Assembly: GCA_035946615.1 (NCBI GenBank)
Contig: DASYZB010000073.1
Location: 459 to 64,458 of the forward strand
DNA from: Verrucomicrobiia bacterium
GTDB taxonomy: Bacteria > Verrucomicrobiota > Verrucomicrobiia > Limisphaerales > UBA8199
DNA: 64,000 nt
Direction: 5' to 3'
Under the pieces are notes generated by a model. That model was not told where the DNA came from, searched no databases, and saw nothing but the letters and a program-made list of their open reading frames with translations. Positions 46,560 to 56,429 of this stretch are shown here, in pieces (the stretch's first letter is position 1; every line of letters starts with the position of its first letter). The position numbers were made by a program, and so were the translations under genes.

Positions 46560-48281
46560 GTGGCTGAAAAAGACGATTATCTGATCGATATCCTGGTGGA
46601 CCTCGGGTTCGTAACCCCAGATAGAGTGGCGGAACTCCGCACCGAGGCCAAGTCAGCGGGTGTGGGTGTAGTGGACCTGATGCTGGCCAATAAGGTCATC
46701 CGCCCGGCGGATGTTACCCAGGCCAAAGCGGCCCACTTCGGCGCCGAGGTGGTCAATCTCAACGACCTGAAAATAGCCGACGACGTTATCTCGACCATCC
46801 CGCGGCACATCGCGCGGAAATACAGGGTCGTGCCGGTCTATAAACACGACAGCTCCCTGACGGTGGCCTTAGCCGACCCATCCGACCTGGACACAATCGA
46901 CAGCCTGCAGCATCTGCTGCACATGGAGATCACTTTGCAGGTCGCCTCCGAAGCCGACATCGAAACGGCCCTCAGCCGCTACTACGCCGAACGCGGCGGC
47001 ACGGGCGCAATCATGTCTGACCCGCGTTACAAGGAGGCCATCGAGGACCTCACCCGCGAGCATGTCGAGATTGAAGCAGCCGCTGCGGGAGACGGTGGGG
47101 TTGTGGAAGCCGATGCGCCCCTCATCAAATTGGTCAATACGCTGATTGTTGATGCGTTTAAGCTGCGGGCTTCGGACATTCACCTCGAACCGCTCGCAAA
47201 AACCTTCCGGGTCCGTTACCGGATTGACGGCGTGCTGCATGAGATGAAACCTCCGCCCAAGCGGTTGCAGGCCGCTATCGTCAGCCGCTTGAAGATTCAG
47301 TCCAACATGTCCATCTCCGAGCACCGGATCCCTCAGGATGGCCGTATCCAGACCAGTGTGGGCAACAAACTGATCGATTTGCGCGTCTCCTGCCTGCCCA
47401 CCAACCACGGCGAAAGCATCGTTATGCGTATCCTTGATAAAGAGGGTCTGCGCCTTGGATTGCCCGAACTTGGCTTCTTTACAGACGACCAGCAGACATT
47501 CGAGCGGCTGATTGCCTTGCCCGATGGCATCCTGCTCGTCACCGGCCCCACCGGCTCGGGCAAGACCACCACCCTCTATTCCTGCTTGCATTTCATCAAC
47601 CGGCCCGACCGCAAGATCATTACCGTCGAGGACCCGGTCGAATACATCCTCTCTGGGATAAACCAGGTGCAGGTCAATGAAGCGGTCGGGTTGACCTTTT
47701 CCGCCGCGTTGCGTTCGATTCTCCGCCAGGCCCCCAACGTGATTATGATTGGGGAAATACGCGATATGGAAACCGCCTCGATAGCCATCAACGCATCGCT
47801 GACGGGGCACCTGGTCTTCTCCACGCTCCACACCAATGACGCGCCCAGCGCCGTCACCCGCCTCATCGACATCGGGGTCAAACCGTTCCTAGTGGCTTCC
47901 TCGACCCGCGCCCTGATGGCCCAGCGCCTGGTGCGCCGGGTGTGCAAGCAGTGCGCCATGCCGTATGTGCCCACTGAGGGCGAGATGAAGAGCCTCGGCC
48001 TGGACGCCGCCAGCACCCAGAACGCCTCCTTCCTGCGCGGCAAAGGCTGCGGCAACTGCAATAACACCGGCTTCAGGGGCCGCTTCGGCATTTTCGAGAT
48101 ATTCGTCATCGACGACGATGCGCGCAAGCTCATCTACGAGAAGGTGTCGTCGTCTGTCCTCCGGGTGCGCGCCCGGGAAATGGGAATGCGCACGCTGCGC
48201 GAAGACGGGATTCGCAAGGTCCTTGCCGGTTTGACTACCCCCGATGAGGTCATTCGCGCCACCGTGGGCGATGTGGATTGA
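46560..48281 (+). CDS. pilB: type IV pilus assembly / T2SS ATPase (PilB/GspE family), copy 1
   Basis: N-terminal T2SSE_N (MshEN-like) domain, Walker [11 protein letters not shown], Asp and His boxes, tetracysteine CKQC...CGNCNNTGFRGR. GTG start. Confidence 0.92.
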   Translation: MAEKDDYLIDILVDLGFVTPDRVAELRTEAKSAGVGVVDLMLANKVIRPADVTQAKAAHFGAEVVNLNDLKIADDVISTIPRHIARKYRVVPVYKHDSSLTVALADPSDLDTIDSLQHLLHMEITLQVASEADIETALSRYYAERGGTGAIMSDPRYKEAIEDLTREHVEIEAAAAGDGGVVEADAPLIKLVNTLIVDAFKLRASDIHLEPLAKTFRVRYRIDGVLHEMKPPPKRLQAAIVSRLKIQSNMSISEHRIPQDGRIQTSVGNKLIDLRVSCLPTNHGESIVMRILDKEGLRLGLPELGFFTDDQQTFERLIALPDGILLVTGPTGSGKTTTLYSCLHFINRPDRKIITVEDPVEYILSGINQVQVNEAVGLTFSAALRSILRQAPNVIMIGEIRDMETASIAINASLTGHLVFSTLHTNDAPSAVTRLIDIGVKPFLVASSTRALMAQRLVRRVCKQCAMPYVPTEGEMKSLGLDAASTQNASFLRGKGCGNCNNTGFRGRFGIFEIFVIDDDARKLIYEKVSSSVLRVRAREMGMRTLREDGIRKVLAGLTTPDEVIRATVGDVD

Positions 48282-48350
48282 CCGTGACGTTTGTGCTTTC
48301 CCGCAGTCTAATCTCATGGCTAAATGAAGCTACTATTGAATTGAGTTAGC

Positions 48351-49472
48351 ATGTCCTACTCGATGTCCGATCTCCTGCAGTTGGTCGTCTCTGAAGGCGC
48401 CTCCGACCTCCACATCCGTGTGGGGACTCCTCCCACCATCCGCGTTCATGGCATTCTCCATCGGGTCGAAGGTCCCGCTCTGGCTCCTGAAGGCACCGAG
48501 GAATTGATGCGCAGCATCACTTCCGAAGACCACATCCAGGGGGTGCGTGAACGCGGCGGAGCCGACTTCGGCTTCGCCTTCGGCGAGATGGCGCGCTTCC
48601 GTGTGAGCGTTTTTAAGGAGAAGGGCAACTTCGGCCTGGTCCTGCGCCAAATCCCCAGCAAACTCCTGACCATGGAGCAGATTGGCATTCCGCCCTCGGC
48701 CAAGGAGCTGCTCTACAAACCGCGCGGCCTGGTGCTGGTGACCGGCCCCACGGGTTCGGGCAAGACCACCACCCTGGCCTCGATGATTAACATCATCAAC
48801 GAAGAGCGCGACGAGGCCCATATCATCACCATCGAGGACCCCATCGAGTATTATCACAAGCATAAGAAAGCCCTGGTCACCCAGCGCGAGATCGGCGTCG
48901 ATGTCCCCAACTTTGCCGAGGCCCTGCGCCGGGCCTTGCGCCAGGACCCCGATGTGATTCTCGTCGGTGAAATGCGCGACCTCGAAACCATTGATGCGGC
49001 CATCACGGCGGCGGAGACGGGGCACTTGGTCTTTGGGACGCTCCACACGACCGGGGCGGCCAAGACAATCGACCGCGTCGTCAACGCCTTTCCCACCAAC
49101 CAGCAGGAGCAAATCCGCATTCAGCTCTCGACGGTGATGCAGGCGGTCATCTCGCAGTTGCTCATCCCGCGTATCGACAAACCAGGCCGGGTTGCGGTGT
49201 TCGAGATCATGGTCAACACCCCCTCGATTGCAGCCCTCATCCGGGATAATAAATCGTTCCGCATCCAGTCGGACATCCAGACCGGCGCCAAATATGGCAT
49301 GGTGACACTGGACTCTTTCCTCATCGATAAGTATCTTGCGGGTATGATCGCGCGCGAGGAAGTGGTGACCAAGGCCCAGGACCCGGTGACCATCCAGGCC
49401 AAGCTCCAGGAACTCGAGTTGGCCCAGGCCGTCGGCGCCGATACCGCCGGTTTAATGGAAGGAAAGACCTGA
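48351..49472 (+). CDS. pilT: twitching-motility retraction ATPase PilT
   Basis: [25 protein letters not shown], 373 aa with no N-terminal T2SSE_N domain. Typical PilT architecture. Confidence 0.92.
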   Translation: MSYSMSDLLQLVVSEGASDLHIRVGTPPTIRVHGILHRVEGPALAPEGTEELMRSITSEDHIQGVRERGGADFGFAFGEMARFRVSVFKEKGNFGLVLRQIPSKLLTMEQIGIPPSAKELLYKPRGLVLVTGPTGSGKTTTLASMINIINEERDEAHIITIEDPIEYYHKHKKALVTQREIGVDVPNFAEALRRALRQDPDVILVGEMRDLETIDAAITAAETGHLVFGTLHTTGAAKTIDRVVNAFPTNQQEQIRIQLSTVMQAVISQLLIPRIDKPGRVAVFEIMVNTPSIAALIRDNKSFRIQSDIQTGAKYGMVTLDSFLIDKYLAGMIAREEVVTKAQDPVTIQAKLQELELAQAVGADTAGLMEGKT

Positions 49473-51175
49473 TGGCCGAAGACATCTCAAATCCACTGCT
49501 GTCCCTGGTCAAAGAGCAGGGCCTGGTCGATGACCTGCAGTTCGAAGAGGTCGTTGCCGAGTTCAAACGCAGCGGCAAACCTGTCATCCAGATTCTACAG
49601 GACTTTGGCATCATGACCCTGGACGATATCCTCCAGGTCATTGCCAACCAACTCAGCACCGAGGTCGTCACTTTAGGCGATATCAGCCCTGAGGTCATTA
49701 AGACCATCCCGGCCAAAACCGCCCGCATGTATCAATGCCTGCCGGTCAACGTCGATGGCTCCAGCATTAAGATTGCCCTGGTCGATCCCCTCAACCCGGC
49801 GCGTGTGGATGAAATCGGTTTCCTTGTCAGAAAGGATGTCCAGCTCGTCGTTGCTGACCCCGCAGCCATTCAAAAGGCCATCGACAAATTCTACCCCGAT
49901 GGCGCAGGGATTGATGACAGCTTTTCCGAGGTCCTCAAGGAACTGGGCATGGACAAGGATTTGGCCCGGGAAGCCACCATTGCCGTCGAGAATGCCAGCG
50001 CGATGGAAGACCTCGCCAACCAGGCCCCCATCGTCCGGTTCGTCAACCTGGTCCTCTTCCAGGCCGTTCAGGACCGCGCCAGCGACATCCATTTCGAACC
50101 TTTCGAGACTGAGTTTCGCATCCGCTACCGGGTGGACGGTGCGCTCTATGAGATGTCGCCTCCGCCCAAGCACCTGGCGCTGCCGGTCATCTCGCGCATC
50201 AAGGTGATGGCCAACTTGAATATCTCCGAACGCCGCCTCCCCCAGGACGGGCGCATCAACTACCCGATGGGCAGCAAGACCATCGATCTGCGCGTCTCGA
50301 CCTTGCCGACCCAGTTTGGCGAATCGGTGGTGTTGCGTGTTCTGGACCGCAGCGCGGTGAACCTGGAAGTCGAGTCGCTGGGGCTGCCTAAAATGATCTA
50401 CGAATACATGACCGAGGCCATCCTGCGGCCAAACGGCATCCTCGTCGTCACCGGCCCGACTGGCTGCGGCAAGACGACCACCCTTTACTCCTGCCTGCGC
50501 CGCGTCAATACGATGGATTCCAAGCTGCTCACGGCGGAAGACCCCGTCGAATACGACATCGAAGGCATCATGCAGGTCGCCATCAACGAAGCCGTCGGCC
50601 TGACCTTCAGCAGGGCCTTGCGCTCCTTCCTGCGCCAGGACCCCGACATTATCATGGTGGGTGAAATGCGCGACCTCGAGACAGCCCAGATTTCCATCCA
50701 GGCCTCCCTTACGGGCCACTTGGTGCTCAGCACCCTTCACACCAACGATTCGCCCGGCGCCATCACCCGTATGGTCGATATGGGCGTCGAGCCGTTCCTG
50801 ATTTCATCCACCCTCATGGGCGTCCTCGGCCAGCGCCTGGTCCGCACCGTCTGCAAGAATTGCCGCACCCCCTTCGAGCCGACCGAAAACCAATTGGCCA
50901 TGCTCAACCTCTCCCCGCATGACCTGGGCGAAAAGGTATTCTATTACGGGCGCGGCTGCTCGACCTGCAATGATACCGGCTATCGCGGGCGCAAAGGGAT
51001 ATTCGAGCTGCTGACCATTAATGACAGCATCCGGGCATTGATTAACGAGCGCGCCCCCACGGTAGTCTTGCGCCAAAAAGCCGTCGAGCTGGGCATGGTC
51101 ACCCTGCGCGAAGACGGCTTGCGCACCATTTTCGACGGTGATACAACCATTGAAGAAGTTGTAAAGTACACGTGA
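49472..51175 (+). CDS. PilB/GspE-family ATPase, copy 2
   Basis: T2SSE_N domain, Walker [15 protein letters not shown]...[12 protein letters not shown]. The start ATG overlaps the pilT stop by 1 nt (TGATG). Confidence 0.92.
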   Translation: MAEDISNPLLSLVKEQGLVDDLQFEEVVAEFKRSGKPVIQILQDFGIMTLDDILQVIANQLSTEVVTLGDISPEVIKTIPAKTARMYQCLPVNVDGSSIKIALVDPLNPARVDEIGFLVRKDVQLVVADPAAIQKAIDKFYPDGAGIDDSFSEVLKELGMDKDLAREATIAVENASAMEDLANQAPIVRFVNLVLFQAVQDRASDIHFEPFETEFRIRYRVDGALYEMSPPPKHLALPVISRIKVMANLNISERRLPQDGRINYPMGSKTIDLRVSTLPTQFGESVVLRVLDRSAVNLEVESLGLPKMIYEYMTEAILRPNGILVVTGPTGCGKTTTLYSCLRRVNTMDSKLLTAEDPVEYDIEGIMQVAINEAVGLTFSRALRSFLRQDPDIIMVGEMRDLETAQISIQASLTGHLVLSTLHTNDSPGAITRMVDMGVEPFLISSTLMGVLGQRLVRTVCKNCRTPFEPTENQLAMLNLSPHDLGEKVFYYGRGCSTCNDTGYRGRKGIFELLTINDSIRALINERAPTVVLRQKAVELGMVTLREDGLRTIFDGDTTIEEVVKYT

Positions 51176-51180
51176 ACAAG

Positions 51181-51262
51181 AACTGGAGTAATCGAGTGAT
51201 GGAGTGCAGGGTAGCTGCTCGCACCCACCGGAATCACCCCGCTACTCCATCACTTCAGTTCT
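51181..51262. repeat. imperfect long hairpin between the second ATPase gene and pilC
   Basis: gaactg..agtgatggagt (51181-51207) pairs with actccatcact.cagttc (51244-51262). Confidence 0.4.
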
Positions 51263-51283
51263 GCATTACCCTGTTCTCTTCAT

Positions 51284-52591
51284 ATGCCTAAGTTCAATTA
51301 CGTCGCCATGGACCAACATGGCAAGGAGACCAAGGGCACGCTCGAAGTCGCCAGCCAAAACGAAGCCATCAGCCGGGTTAAGGACATGGGCCTGTTCCCG
51401 ACCAAGATCGTCGAGCTGGACAAGTCCAAGGACAAACCGGAGAAGGGCAAGCCTGCCAAGGCCAAAGGCAAGCCCAAGGGGAAGGGGATGAACATAAACA
51501 TCAACATCCCCGGTCTGAGCGGCAGGGTGAAGAGCAAAGTGCTCGCCACGTTCACCCGCCAGTTGGCGACGCTGGTGGATGCCGGTTTGCCCTTGCTGCG
51601 CGGGTTGCGCGTCCTCGAAAAACAGGAAAGACATCCCACTCTCAAGAACATCCTCGGCGAGTTGGCCTTGTCCATTGAAGGCGGCAGCACCTTTTCCGAG
51701 GGCCTGGCCCAACACCCCAAGGTCTTCAATCGCCTCTTTGTCAACATGGTTAAGGCCGGCGAACTGGGCGGCGTGCTCGAAGTGGTCCTGAACCGCCTCT
51801 CCGAGTTCATGGAAAAGGCCCAGAAGATCAAGGGCAAGGTCATTGCCGCCATGTTCTATCCCTGCGCCGTGCTGGTCGTCGCCACCGGCATCCTAATGAT
51901 CCTCATGGTGAAGGTCATTCCCTCATTCAAGGCCGTATTCGAGGGCATGTTGGAAGGCGCTCAATTGCCCGCCTTCACCCGGCTGGTCCTGGGCATCAGC
52001 ACCATGGTTAAAGATCATATCCTCGAAACCATGGGCATTATCGCCGTTTTTCTGATCATCTTTAACCTCCTCATCCGCACCAAGCTTGGCCGCAGGCTCT
52101 GGGACAAATTCAAACTCAAAATGCCCGTCATCGGCCCGGTCATCAGCAAGGTCGCTATCTCGAGGTTCACCCGCACCCTGGGCACACTGGTCAGCAGCGG
52201 CGTGCCCATCCTCCAGGCCCTTACCATCGTCAAGGAAACCGCCGGCAATGTCATCGTCAGCAACGCCGTTGCCTCCGTTCATGAAAGCGTCAAAGAGGGC
52301 GAAACCATTACCGCCCCTCTCGAGGCCTCCGGCATCTTCCCACCAATGGTCATCAGCATGGTCGATGTCGGCGAGCAAACCGGCGCCCTGCCCGAAATGC
52401 TTCTCAAGATAGCCGATAACTACGATGATGAAGTCGATAACGCCGTCGCCGCCATGACTTCCTTGCTCGAACCGATCATGATCGTGTTCCTGGCCGTTAT
52501 CGTCGGCAGTATTGTCATCGCCATGTTCATGCCCCTTATCGACCTCATGAACCGCGTCGGCGACTCCGGCGGCGGCAAAAATGGAGATTAA
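51284..52591 (+). CDS. pilC: type IV pilus / T2SS platform protein (PilC/GspF family)
   Basis: Two GspF repeats (FTRQLATLVDAGLPLLRGL and FTRTLGTLVSSGVPILQAL) and three TM segments. A Lys/Pro-rich linker (KSKDKPEKGKPAKAKGKPKGKG) follows the N-terminal domain. Confidence 0.92.
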   Translation: MPKFNYVAMDQHGKETKGTLEVASQNEAISRVKDMGLFPTKIVELDKSKDKPEKGKPAKAKGKPKGKGMNININIPGLSGRVKSKVLATFTRQLATLVDAGLPLLRGLRVLEKQERHPTLKNILGELALSIEGGSTFSEGLAQHPKVFNRLFVNMVKAGELGGVLEVVLNRLSEFMEKAQKIKGKVIAAMFYPCAVLVVATGILMILMVKVIPSFKAVFEGMLEGAQLPAFTRLVLGISTMVKDHILETMGIIAVFLIIFNLLIRTKLGRRLWDKFKLKMPVIGPVISKVAISRFTRTLGTLVSSGVPILQALTIVKETAGNVIVSNAVASVHESVKEGETITAPLEASGIFPPMVISMVDVGEQTGALPEMLLKIADNYDDEVDNAVAAMTSLLEPIMIVFLAVIVGSIVIAMFMPLIDLMNRVGDSGGGKNGD

Positions 52592-52782
52592 GGCGATCGG
52601 CGACTCGCGATTGGCCATCTGCTATGGGGGTTCCCCTCAGACCTCCAAAAAACCCTGCGCTTGGGCAGCTTTTGTCCAAGCGCTCTTGCTATGTTTCCCT
52701 CAAAAAGTTCAATTATTGAGTGCCCGCTGCCCCTGCTCTTGCTTGCCCACGCCTTTTTCATCCTTTTTTTGAACGAAACTTG

Positions 52783-52810
52783 TTGACAAATTCTGCGCCA
52801 TGTGTAAATA
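52783..52810 (+). promoter_or_regulatory. candidate sigma-70-type promoter for brnTA
   Basis: TTGACA (52783-52788), 16-nt spacer, TAAATA (52805-52810), ~50 nt upstream of the brnT ATG in an AT-rich stretch. Confidence 0.3.
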
Positions 52811-52859
52811 CATTGTAACGACATTGCATGGGCGAACGATATACAGCACCTGAGACTCT

Positions 52860-53147
52860 ATGGAGTTTGATTGGAATAATCCGCCCTTCAATCTCGACAG
52901 CTCTTTGACCTTGCAGGAAATCGAAGAATCGTTTGAAGACCCCTTTGCGGTCCGCCTGCTGCCAGACTCGCCGAGGTTCTCGGCGCAGACCCGGTTTTTC
53001 AACCTGGGCATGACGGCCGGCGGGGCGGGAATCTTCAGCGTGTATCGCACCAACGGCAAACAAGTCCGGGTCATATTCGCCCGGCCATTTCAGCCCGAGG
53101 AGCGGTTCTTTTACCAGCGGAAGCTGGACCAGACCTTGGCGCAATGA
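52860..53147 (+). CDS. brnT: BrnT-family (DUF497) toxin
   Basis: MEFDWN.., EIEESFEDPFAV, FFNLGMTAGGAGIFSVYRTNGKQVRVIFARPFQPEERFFY parallels the BrnT pattern (..LG....v..Vvyt.....iRiIsaRka...Er..Y). Confidence 0.72.
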   Translation: MEFDWNNPPFNLDSSLTLQEIEESFEDPFAVRLLPDSPRFSAQTRFFNLGMTAGGAGIFSVYRTNGKQVRVIFARPFQPEERFFYQRKLDQTLAQ

Positions 53148-53428
53148 GTCAGATGCAACCAATAGCCAAATGGGAAGACGTGCCCATCTTCGACAGCGAA
53201 GAGGCCGAAGCGAATTTCTGGGCCGAGAACAGGCCGGACCTGCGTTTGATGGAATCGGCGGTGGCCGGCAACTCCGATGGCGCCGAGTCGATAACCATCA
53301 CGCTCCGGATGGACCCGCGTATGCTGGCGCGGATAAAGCGCCTGGCTCGGTCCAGGTATTTAAATTATCAGAGTATGATTAAGCAGTGGCTGAGCGAGAG
53401 GATGGAACAGGAACTCCGGGAACGGTAA
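53144..53428 (+). CDS. brnA: BrnA-family antitoxin (RHH)
   Basis: ATGA overlap with brnT. C-terminal ITITLRMDPRMLARIKRLARSRYLNYQSMIKQWLSERM matches the BrnA/CopG-like pattern. Confidence 0.72.
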   Translation: MSQMQPIAKWEDVPIFDSEEAEANFWAENRPDLRLMESAVAGNSDGAESITITLRMDPRMLARIKRLARSRYLNYQSMIKQWLSERMEQELRER

Positions 53429-53433
53429 GGGCT

Positions 53434-54234
53434 ATGAACCAATCAAACCAATACGCGCGTCCGGGCCGGCGGTTCAACGTTGGATGTTCGATGTTGAATG
53501 TTCGATGTCCAACGCCTTCCCGTGCCAAAGCAGCCGAAAATCAAAAATCAAAAATCAAAAATCAAGAATCAAGCCTCCTCGCCTTCACCCTCATCGAGCT
53601 TCTGGTTGTCATTGCTATCATCGCCATTCTGGCGGCCTTGATCTTCCCTATTACCGGCGCCGTCAAGCGGGCCACCATCCGTTCCAGGGCGCGGGCAGAA
53701 CTGCAAAACGTCCAGACGGCCATTGAGGCCTACAAAACCAAACTCGGCTATTACCCCCCCGCCTCCACCAACATCCCGTCCATCAACCCCCTCTATTACG
53801 AATTGATGGGAACGACTTACAATGATGCTGGGGGCGGAGTTTACACTACGCTCAAAGGGGAGGCGCAGATACGCGCCATGGATGTGCCCCGCGCTTTTGG
53901 CGTGGCCATTACCGGCTTCGCCAACTCGACGCGGCCCGGTGGCGGCGATGAAGCGCGCGCGGCGGTCGGCTTCATCCGGGAACTTAGGGCAGGACAATTC
54001 CTGACGATAACAAAGCCCGGCTCGAGCAGTCCCTCGTTTAACATTCTGGGCAGCGCGGTCGAGGGGCCGCTGATGTTCCCGGGCATTACCTCGGGAAAGA
54101 TCAATCCCTGGTGCTACAATTCGTCCACGCCCACCAATAATCCCAATTCGTACGATTTATGGATTGATGTCCTTGTAGCGGGTCAGACCAACCGCATCTG
54201 CAACTGGAATCCGCAGTGGCTGGTAGTGTACTAG
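53434..54234 (+). CDS. prepilin-type pseudopilin (GspG-like)
   Basis: [25 protein letters not shown] followed by AELQNVQTAIEAYKTKLGYYP (GspG-like helix). The start is uncertain (ATG 53434 or 53491). The leader contains repeat DNA. Confidence 0.8.
   Translation: MNQSNQYARPGRRFNVGCSMLNVRCPTPSRAKAAENQKSKIKNQESSLLAFTLIELLVVIAIIAILAALIFPITGAVKRATIRSRARAELQNVQTAIEAYKTKLGYYPPASTNIPSINPLYYELMGTTYNDAGGGVYTTLKGEAQIRAMDVPRAFGVAITGFANSTRPGGGDEARAAVGFIRELRAGQFLTITKPGSSSPSFNILGSAVEGPLMFPGITSGKINPWCYNSSTPTNNPNSYDLWIDVLVAGQTNRICNWNPQWLVVY
53471..53571. repeat. gttcgatgt-type repeat block plus (aaaatca)x5 heptanucleotide tandem repeat
   Basis: cgttgg-ATGTTCGATGT-tga-ATGTTCGATGT-ccaacg (53477-53514). Five tandem heptamers follow: aaaatca x4 plus agaatca (53537-53571). 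All lie inside the pseudopilin leader. Confidence 0.75.
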
Positions 54235-54524
54235 GCGTTTTATGTTCATGCTCTTCTCAACTCGGTCCGGCGCTCCTCGCAGGCGCTTGCGAGTCCGATG
54301 GCGCAACTGCGCCTGGCGCCCCCGCCTCTCGTTCCGCGCCCGCCCGCTCCCAAACCTTTTTGTTTTCGCGCCGCCGACCGGCTGCCAGGTTTTTCGCTCG
54401 GTCCGCGGACAATCCGCGTTGCGCGCATGGCACAGCGCTGTCCTGGCAGGCGCGCCCGGCACGGCCTTGGAGCTTGCAGCCGTTCAAACCTCGCCCGTTC
54501 ATCATTCAACCAGCAATCCTCTTT

Positions 54525-55379
54525 ATGAATCCTGTTTCTGATAGGGCTTTCACACCTGCGCGGCCACCGAGCAAGCGCCCGGCGCTGCTTTTCACGCGAT
54601 GGCCATGGCGCGGCGGACGCGGGTTCACTCTCATCGAACTGCTCGTCGTTATCGCCATCATCGCCATCTTAGCCGCCATGCTGCTGCCGGCACTGGCCGC
54701 CGCCAAGCGGAAGGCAAAAGTAAAACAGGCCCAACTAGAAATCAGCCAGATAGCCGCCGCCATCCGCGATTACGAACAGGCCTATAATCGCTTCCCAATT
54801 TCGACTCTGTCCTACGGCCTGGCCGCCGCCCAGCACGAGGACTTTACCTATGGGGGGGTATTCCAAACCCCGACAGGACCTTTGACTCTCAAGCCAATCT
54901 TCGGCAACGCCGTTGTGTTCAATTCCGAAGTAATGTCCGTCTTGCTCGACATGGAATATTTCCCGGGCGCTCCGACGATACCGACAATTAACAAGGGTCA
55001 TGTCAAAAACCCGCAGCGCACCCGTTTCCTTAACGCCAACATGGTAAATACAAACCAGCCCGGTATCGGACCCGACCTCGTCTATCGCGACCCGTGGGGC
55101 GACCCCTATATCATTACCATTGACTGCAACAGCGATGACAAAGCGCGGGATGCTTTTTATCGGCTTGCGGCGGTTTCGGCGGACCCGCTTTCCGTTTCCA
55201 TTCCGAAAGCCGGATTGAATGGACTCATATACGGCGGAATCGACGCCAGCGGGCAGCCCTGCTACGAGGCCACTTCTCCTGTGATGGTCTGGTCGGCCGG
55301 CCCCGACAAGATGATCGACCCTGGCCACAACGCGAATTTTGGGGTGAATAAGGACAATATCCTGAGCTGGAAACAGTAA
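54525..55379 (+). CDS. gspG: major pseudopilin, GspG family
   Basis: [69 protein letters not shown] at 54525. Confidence 0.85.
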   Translation: MNPVSDRAFTPARPPSKRPALLFTRWPWRGGRGFTLIELLVVIAIIAILAAMLLPALAAAKRKAKVKQAQLEISQIAAAIRDYEQAYNRFPISTLSYGLAAAQHEDFTYGGVFQTPTGPLTLKPIFGNAVVFNSEVMSVLLDMEYFPGAPTIPTINKGHVKNPQRTRFLNANMVNTNQPGIGPDLVYRDPWGDPYIITIDCNSDDKARDAFYRLAAVSADPLSVSIPKAGLNGLIYGGIDASGQPCYEATSPVMVWSAGPDKMIDPGHNANFGVNKDNILSWKQ

Positions 55380-55411
55380 ATTGTGAATGATCGACGGACA
55401 GTTGTACCGCA

Positions 55412-55622
55412 GTTCGAAGTTGGACGTTCGAAGTTGGACGTTGAATGTTCGAAATTTGAGGTTGGATGTTCAGCGCCTGGCGGCCAACGGACTGAACATC
55501 GAACATTCAACGTCGAACATTCAACATCGAACCCTCGCCGGCAGTTCAATGTTCAATGTTCAACGTTCAACGTTCAATGTTCAATGCCTCCCGGCGCCGA
55601 AGCAGCCGAAAATCAAAAATCA
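55412..55622. repeat. long imperfect hairpin, (gttcaaY)x6 heptamer array and (aaaatca)x2
   Basis: Left arm 55412-55472 (gttcgaagttggacgttcgaagttggacgttgaatgttcga..tggatgttcag). Right arm 55491-55531 (ctgaacatcgaacattcaacgtcgaacattcaacatcgaac). Six heptamers at 55544-55585. aaaatcaaaaatca at 55609-55622. Confidence 0.75.
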
Positions 55623-56429
55623 ACCCCCCTCGCCTTCACCCTCCTCGAGCTCCTGGCCGTCATCGCCATCATTGGCCTCATCGCCGCCATCGCGGTGCCC
55701 ACACTCAGCAAGTTCAGACCCAATTACAGCGCCTCGGCCACACGCCAGTTGCTCGATGACCTCGCCCGCGCCCGCCAACTGGCCATCAGCCAGCGCACAA
55801 CGGTCTTTATGGTCTTTGTCCCCACCAATTTTTGGAATGACCCGGCTTTCAATCAGGCTTGGGCGGCCCTCAAGCCTTCCCGGTGCACCAATCTCCTGGC
55901 CAAGCAGGCCATCGGCTACAACTTCGTCTCCCTGCGCAGCATTGGCGACCAGCCGGGTCGGCCCACAGCCCGCTACCTGGGTTCCTGGAAAACCCTTCCG
56001 GAAGGCGCTTTCATTGATCCATTGAAGTTCGCTCCGAACAATTACTTCTTCTGGGTGTACACCAACGACGCCAACCTGAACCCGGTCCCTGGCTTTCGCG
56101 TCGCTGGCTTTGACGAAACCACTTCAATCCCTTTCCCGTCGGAGGATGCCCCCGTAGCAAGGCCGCGCGCGCCCTATGTTACCGTTCCATTTATTGCATT
56201 CGATTACACCGGGGCTTTGGTCTCGGGCGACCCGCGATTTCCTGAGGTCATTCCTTTGTCCCGTGGCGTTGTCTCCTTTGCGCACGGCCCGGACCGCCGG
56301 CCAACCGAGGCGGTGCCCTCCTTTACCGAGCAACCGGTCGGCAACGCAACCAACGGCGCCAGCTTTAGCCTGGTTTATATCGACAGACTCACCGGGCGCG
56401 CCCGGGCCGTCCAAGCGGAGGTCAGATGA
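55584..56429 (+). CDS. prepilin-type protein, GspH/FimT-like (possible Verru_Chthon cassette protein D)
   Basis: PLAFTLLELLAVIAIIGLIAAIAVP then SASATRQLLDDLARARQLAISQRTTVFMVF (GspH/FimT-like). ATG 55584 preferred; the ORF opens at 55383 inside repeat DNA. Confidence 0.72.
   Translation: MPPGAEAAENQKSTPLAFTLLELLAVIAIIGLIAAIAVPTLSKFRPNYSASATRQLLDDLARARQLAISQRTTVFMVFVPTNFWNDPAFNQAWAALKPSRCTNLLAKQAIGYNFVSLRSIGDQPGRPTARYLGSWKTLPEGAFIDPLKFAPNNYFFWVYTNDANLNPVPGFRVAGFDETTSIPFPSEDAPVARPRAPYVTVPFIAFDYTGALVSGDPRFPEVIPLSRGVVSFAHGPDRRPTEAVPSFTEQPVGNATNGASFSLVYIDRLTGRARAVQAEVR

Noticed and set aside
54235-54524. Stack of six or more overlapping ORFs on both strands in the GC-rich spacer before the GspG-like gene.
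   Set aside because: All are Arg/Pro/Ala-rich and mutually overlapping. The GspG-like gene has a good ATG at 54525 with a normal leader ending GRG-FTLIELL. The spacer is probably non-coding, but I could not assign it to a repeat family.
53537-55622. Considered whether the short tandem repeats (aaaatca, gttcaaY) could be a CRISPR array.
   Set aside because: The units are 7 nt with no spacers. The array structure and length are incompatible with CRISPR.
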